From: an uncultured Gemmatimonadota bacterium
Lineage (GTDB): Bacteria > SM23-81
Assembly (NCBI GenBank): GCA_964584035.1
Contig: CAZOYL010000023.1
Coordinates: 1-28,662, forward strand
Length of the DNA: 28,662 nt
Direction of reading: 5' to 3'
Shown: in pieces, positions 27,149 through 28,662 of the stretch
How the letters are laid out: each line of letters begins with the position of its first letter
Position numbering within the stretch: the stretch's first letter is position 1
Notes under the pieces: generated by a model
The model's database searches: none
Told to the model about the DNA's origin: nothing
Seen by the model: only the letters and a program-made list of their open reading frames with translations
Translations under genes and position numbers: made by a program

Positions 27149-27232
27149 GATAGATCATCCTTTCTTTAACATCCTTGGCTGATTCTCACAGTGCCTCCCG
27201 GGCACAGAAACCCGCTTCTAACTGCCTACTTC

Positions 27233-27261
27233 TATACGATACCGTTTGCAGATATGTTACA
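27233..27261 (-). promoter_or_regulatory. possible ECF-sigma promoter for the exporter operon
   Basis: Minus strand TGTAAC (27261-27256), 17 nt, CGTATA (27238-27233). Lies just downstream of the upstream genes' terminator. Confidence 0.55.
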
Positions 27262-27272
27262 TCGAGAACGAT

Positions 27273-27306
27273 AAAAAACCCACTGATCATAAGGTCAGTG
27301 GGTTTT
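27273..27306 (-). terminator. Rho-independent terminator after the zinc-ribbon gene
   Basis: AAAAAACCCACTGATC-ataa-GGTCAGTGGGTTTT. Confidence 0.85.
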
Positions 27307-27333
27307 CTTTCATCGGACAGCTGTGAATGTTCG

Positions 27334-27666
27334 TCATTCTCCCAGCCAGAATAGAACCCTCCCGCAACTCTCGCAGACCTTGATTCCCTCGTGCCGTTTC
27401 ACGGTTTGGGCCACAGCCGTCGGCAGGCTCATGAAACAGCCCAGGCAGGTTCCCTTGTGAGTCGGGACCACTGCCCGATCATATCGTTCCATGAGACGCT
27501 CATAACGCCTGAGGATCTCCGGGCTGAGGGCATCGGCCAGCTTCCGCCGGGCTTCCTGTAATCTGGAGACACCCTCGATCTCGAAACCGAGGTTCTTCTC
27601 CTCCTGGACGGCGGCTTCACGGATCATCAAATCCAGATCCTGAAGTTCAACCAAAAGATGAAGCAT
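27334..27666 (-). CDS. C4-type zinc ribbon protein (DUF164-like), short form
   Basis: L..LQDLD, YERL.....AVV....G.CLGCFM.LP, CESCGRVLF. ATG 27666 directly follows the EIIA stop. Confidence 0.85.
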   Translation of the reverse strand: MLHLLVELQDLDLMIREAAVQEEKNLGFEIEGVSRLQEARRKLADALSPEILRRYERLMERYDRAVVPTHKGTCLGCFMSLPTAVAQTVKRHEGIKVCESCGRVLFWLGE

Positions 27667-27667
27667 G

Positions 27668-28153
27668 TCACTTGGAGTCCGCTCTTGAGCAGAGGGCATT
27701 GATAAATTCCTCAAAATGCTCCGCTTTTAAGACCTCATCGCGCAGCTTCTTTTCTTGGAAACACTCTGCGATCTTTCCCAGAGCAGGCAGGTAACGTTGC
27801 TGCCGTTCCTGATAAGGAGCAATGATCAGAAAGAACAGATGAACGGGTTGTCGGTCGGGAGCGTCGAAATCCAATCCATCCTGGCAACGGCCAAAGGCAA
27901 CGATCAGTTTTCTGGCCATCAGGGTTCGTCCGTGGGGAATGGCCAGCCCCCTGCCGACAGCCGTGCTGCCCAGGCGCTCCCGTCGAGTCAGCATCTCCAG
28001 GACGATGGCCCGGTTGGAGATCTTTCCGGCACGGATGAGCAGGTCTGCGAATTCCTCCAGCACCTCCTGCTTGTTCCGAGCCTTCATGTCCGATATATAT
28101 AGCTCTTCCTTGAAGAGGTCGATAAATTCTTGATCTGTCATCGGCCTTTCCAT
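27668..28153 (-). CDS. PTS EIIA domain protein (fructose/Ntr type)
   Basis: RE.LGSTAVG.GLAIPHGR (phospho-His), G.DFDAPD.QPVHLFFLI.AP. Confidence 0.92.
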   Translation of the reverse strand: MERPMTDQEFIDLFKEELYISDMKARNKQEVLEEFADLLIRAGKISNRAIVLEMLTRRERLGSTAVGRGLAIPHGRTLMARKLIVAFGRCQDGLDFDAPDRQPVHLFFLIIAPYQERQQRYLPALGKIAECFQEKKLRDEVLKAEHFEEFINALCSRADSK

Positions 28154-28197
28154 GGGCTTCCAGGCTAAGGGCTGGTGTAAAATAATAACTTGAAATC

Positions 28198-28225
28198 AAT
28201 ATAGTTTTTCCCCCGGATTTGTCAA
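28198..28225 (-). promoter_or_regulatory. sigma70-type promoter for the EIIA/zinc-ribbon pair
   Basis: Minus strand TTGACA (28225-28220), 16 nt, TATATT (28203-28198). Confidence 0.55.
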
Positions 28226-28284
28226 GAGAAAAAAACAGCCTGGGGCAGGGTTGTCAACAAGGACCGGTGTACCGATCTTGTGAA

Positions 28285-28662
28285 TCATGGCGGAGTGGCA
28301 TGCTCCCCCGTCATGGGCACGAACAGTACCGGGATGATGTCTCGCTGTCGAATTTTTCCCTCTTCCTTGACGATCAGGACCAGCTCCTGGGCATGACGCG
28401 GTCCCACGGGGATGACCATCCGGCCGCCCTCGGCCAGTTGATCCAACAGAGGCTGCGGGATCCGCTCCGGGGCGCAGGTGCCGATGATGGCATCGTAGGG
28501 AGCATGCTCCTCCCAGCCTAAATAGCCGTCGCCGATTTTCACGCGGACCCGGTCATATCCCAATCGCCGCAGGGTTTCCCCAGCTCGTCTTCCCAGGGAT
28601 TTAAGGATCTCGATGGTATAGACCTGATCGGTCAGCTCCGCCAGCACCGCGGCCTGATAGCC
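28285..28662 (-). CDS. pcm: protein-L-isoaspartate O-methyltransferase, 3' part (5' end lies outside the window)
   Basis: GYQAAVLAEL..QVYTIE, GDGYLGWEEHAPYDAII, L.DQLAEGGRMVIPVG, V.FVPMTG. Confidence 0.95.
   Translation of the reverse strand, partial: GYQAAVLAELTDQVYTIEILKSLGRRAGETLRRLGYDRVRVKIGDGYLGWEEHAPYDAIIGTCAPERIPQPLLDQLAEGGRMVIPVGPRHAQELVLIVKEEGKIRQRDIIPVLFVPMTGEHATPP

Noticed and set aside
24614..27260. 11-bp inverted repeat GTAACATATCT/AGATATGTTAC flanking the adaptor and permease 1 (invertible segment?)
   Set aside because: Too short to exceed chance, no recombinase nearby, and the gene orientation is the normal one.

Overview
GC-rich bacterial chromosomal segment. I found no RNA genes, CRISPR arrays or transposases. 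From the left: the 5' end of a divergent Rrf2-family (IscR/CymR-like) regulator, then a ~14 kb + strand cluster of moxR, DUF58, a GldA/GldF/GldG/DUF4340-type ABC cassette, an Ig/TM accessory gene, batA-E and a lipoprotein cyclophilin. Next come a small membrane protein plus bacteriohemerythrin, a secreted M1 aminopeptidase split by a 1-nt frameshift, and a C_GCAxxG_C_C protein. On the - strand are a ~1360-aa secreted beta-helix repeat protein, a MacAB-like exporter with no ATPase gene, a short C4 zinc-ribbon protein, a PTS EIIA protein and the 3' part of pcm. The best lead is that two unrelated secreted proteins (the M1 peptidase and the beta-helix protein) end in the same ~97-aa FN3-like domain (about 54% identical by hand alignment, tail SNQxGEFDxDxxN). 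It sits where FCB-group proteins carry T9SS/FlgD sorting domains, so it is a candidate lineage-specific sorting or anchoring signal. All family calls come from motif recognition, not database searches.
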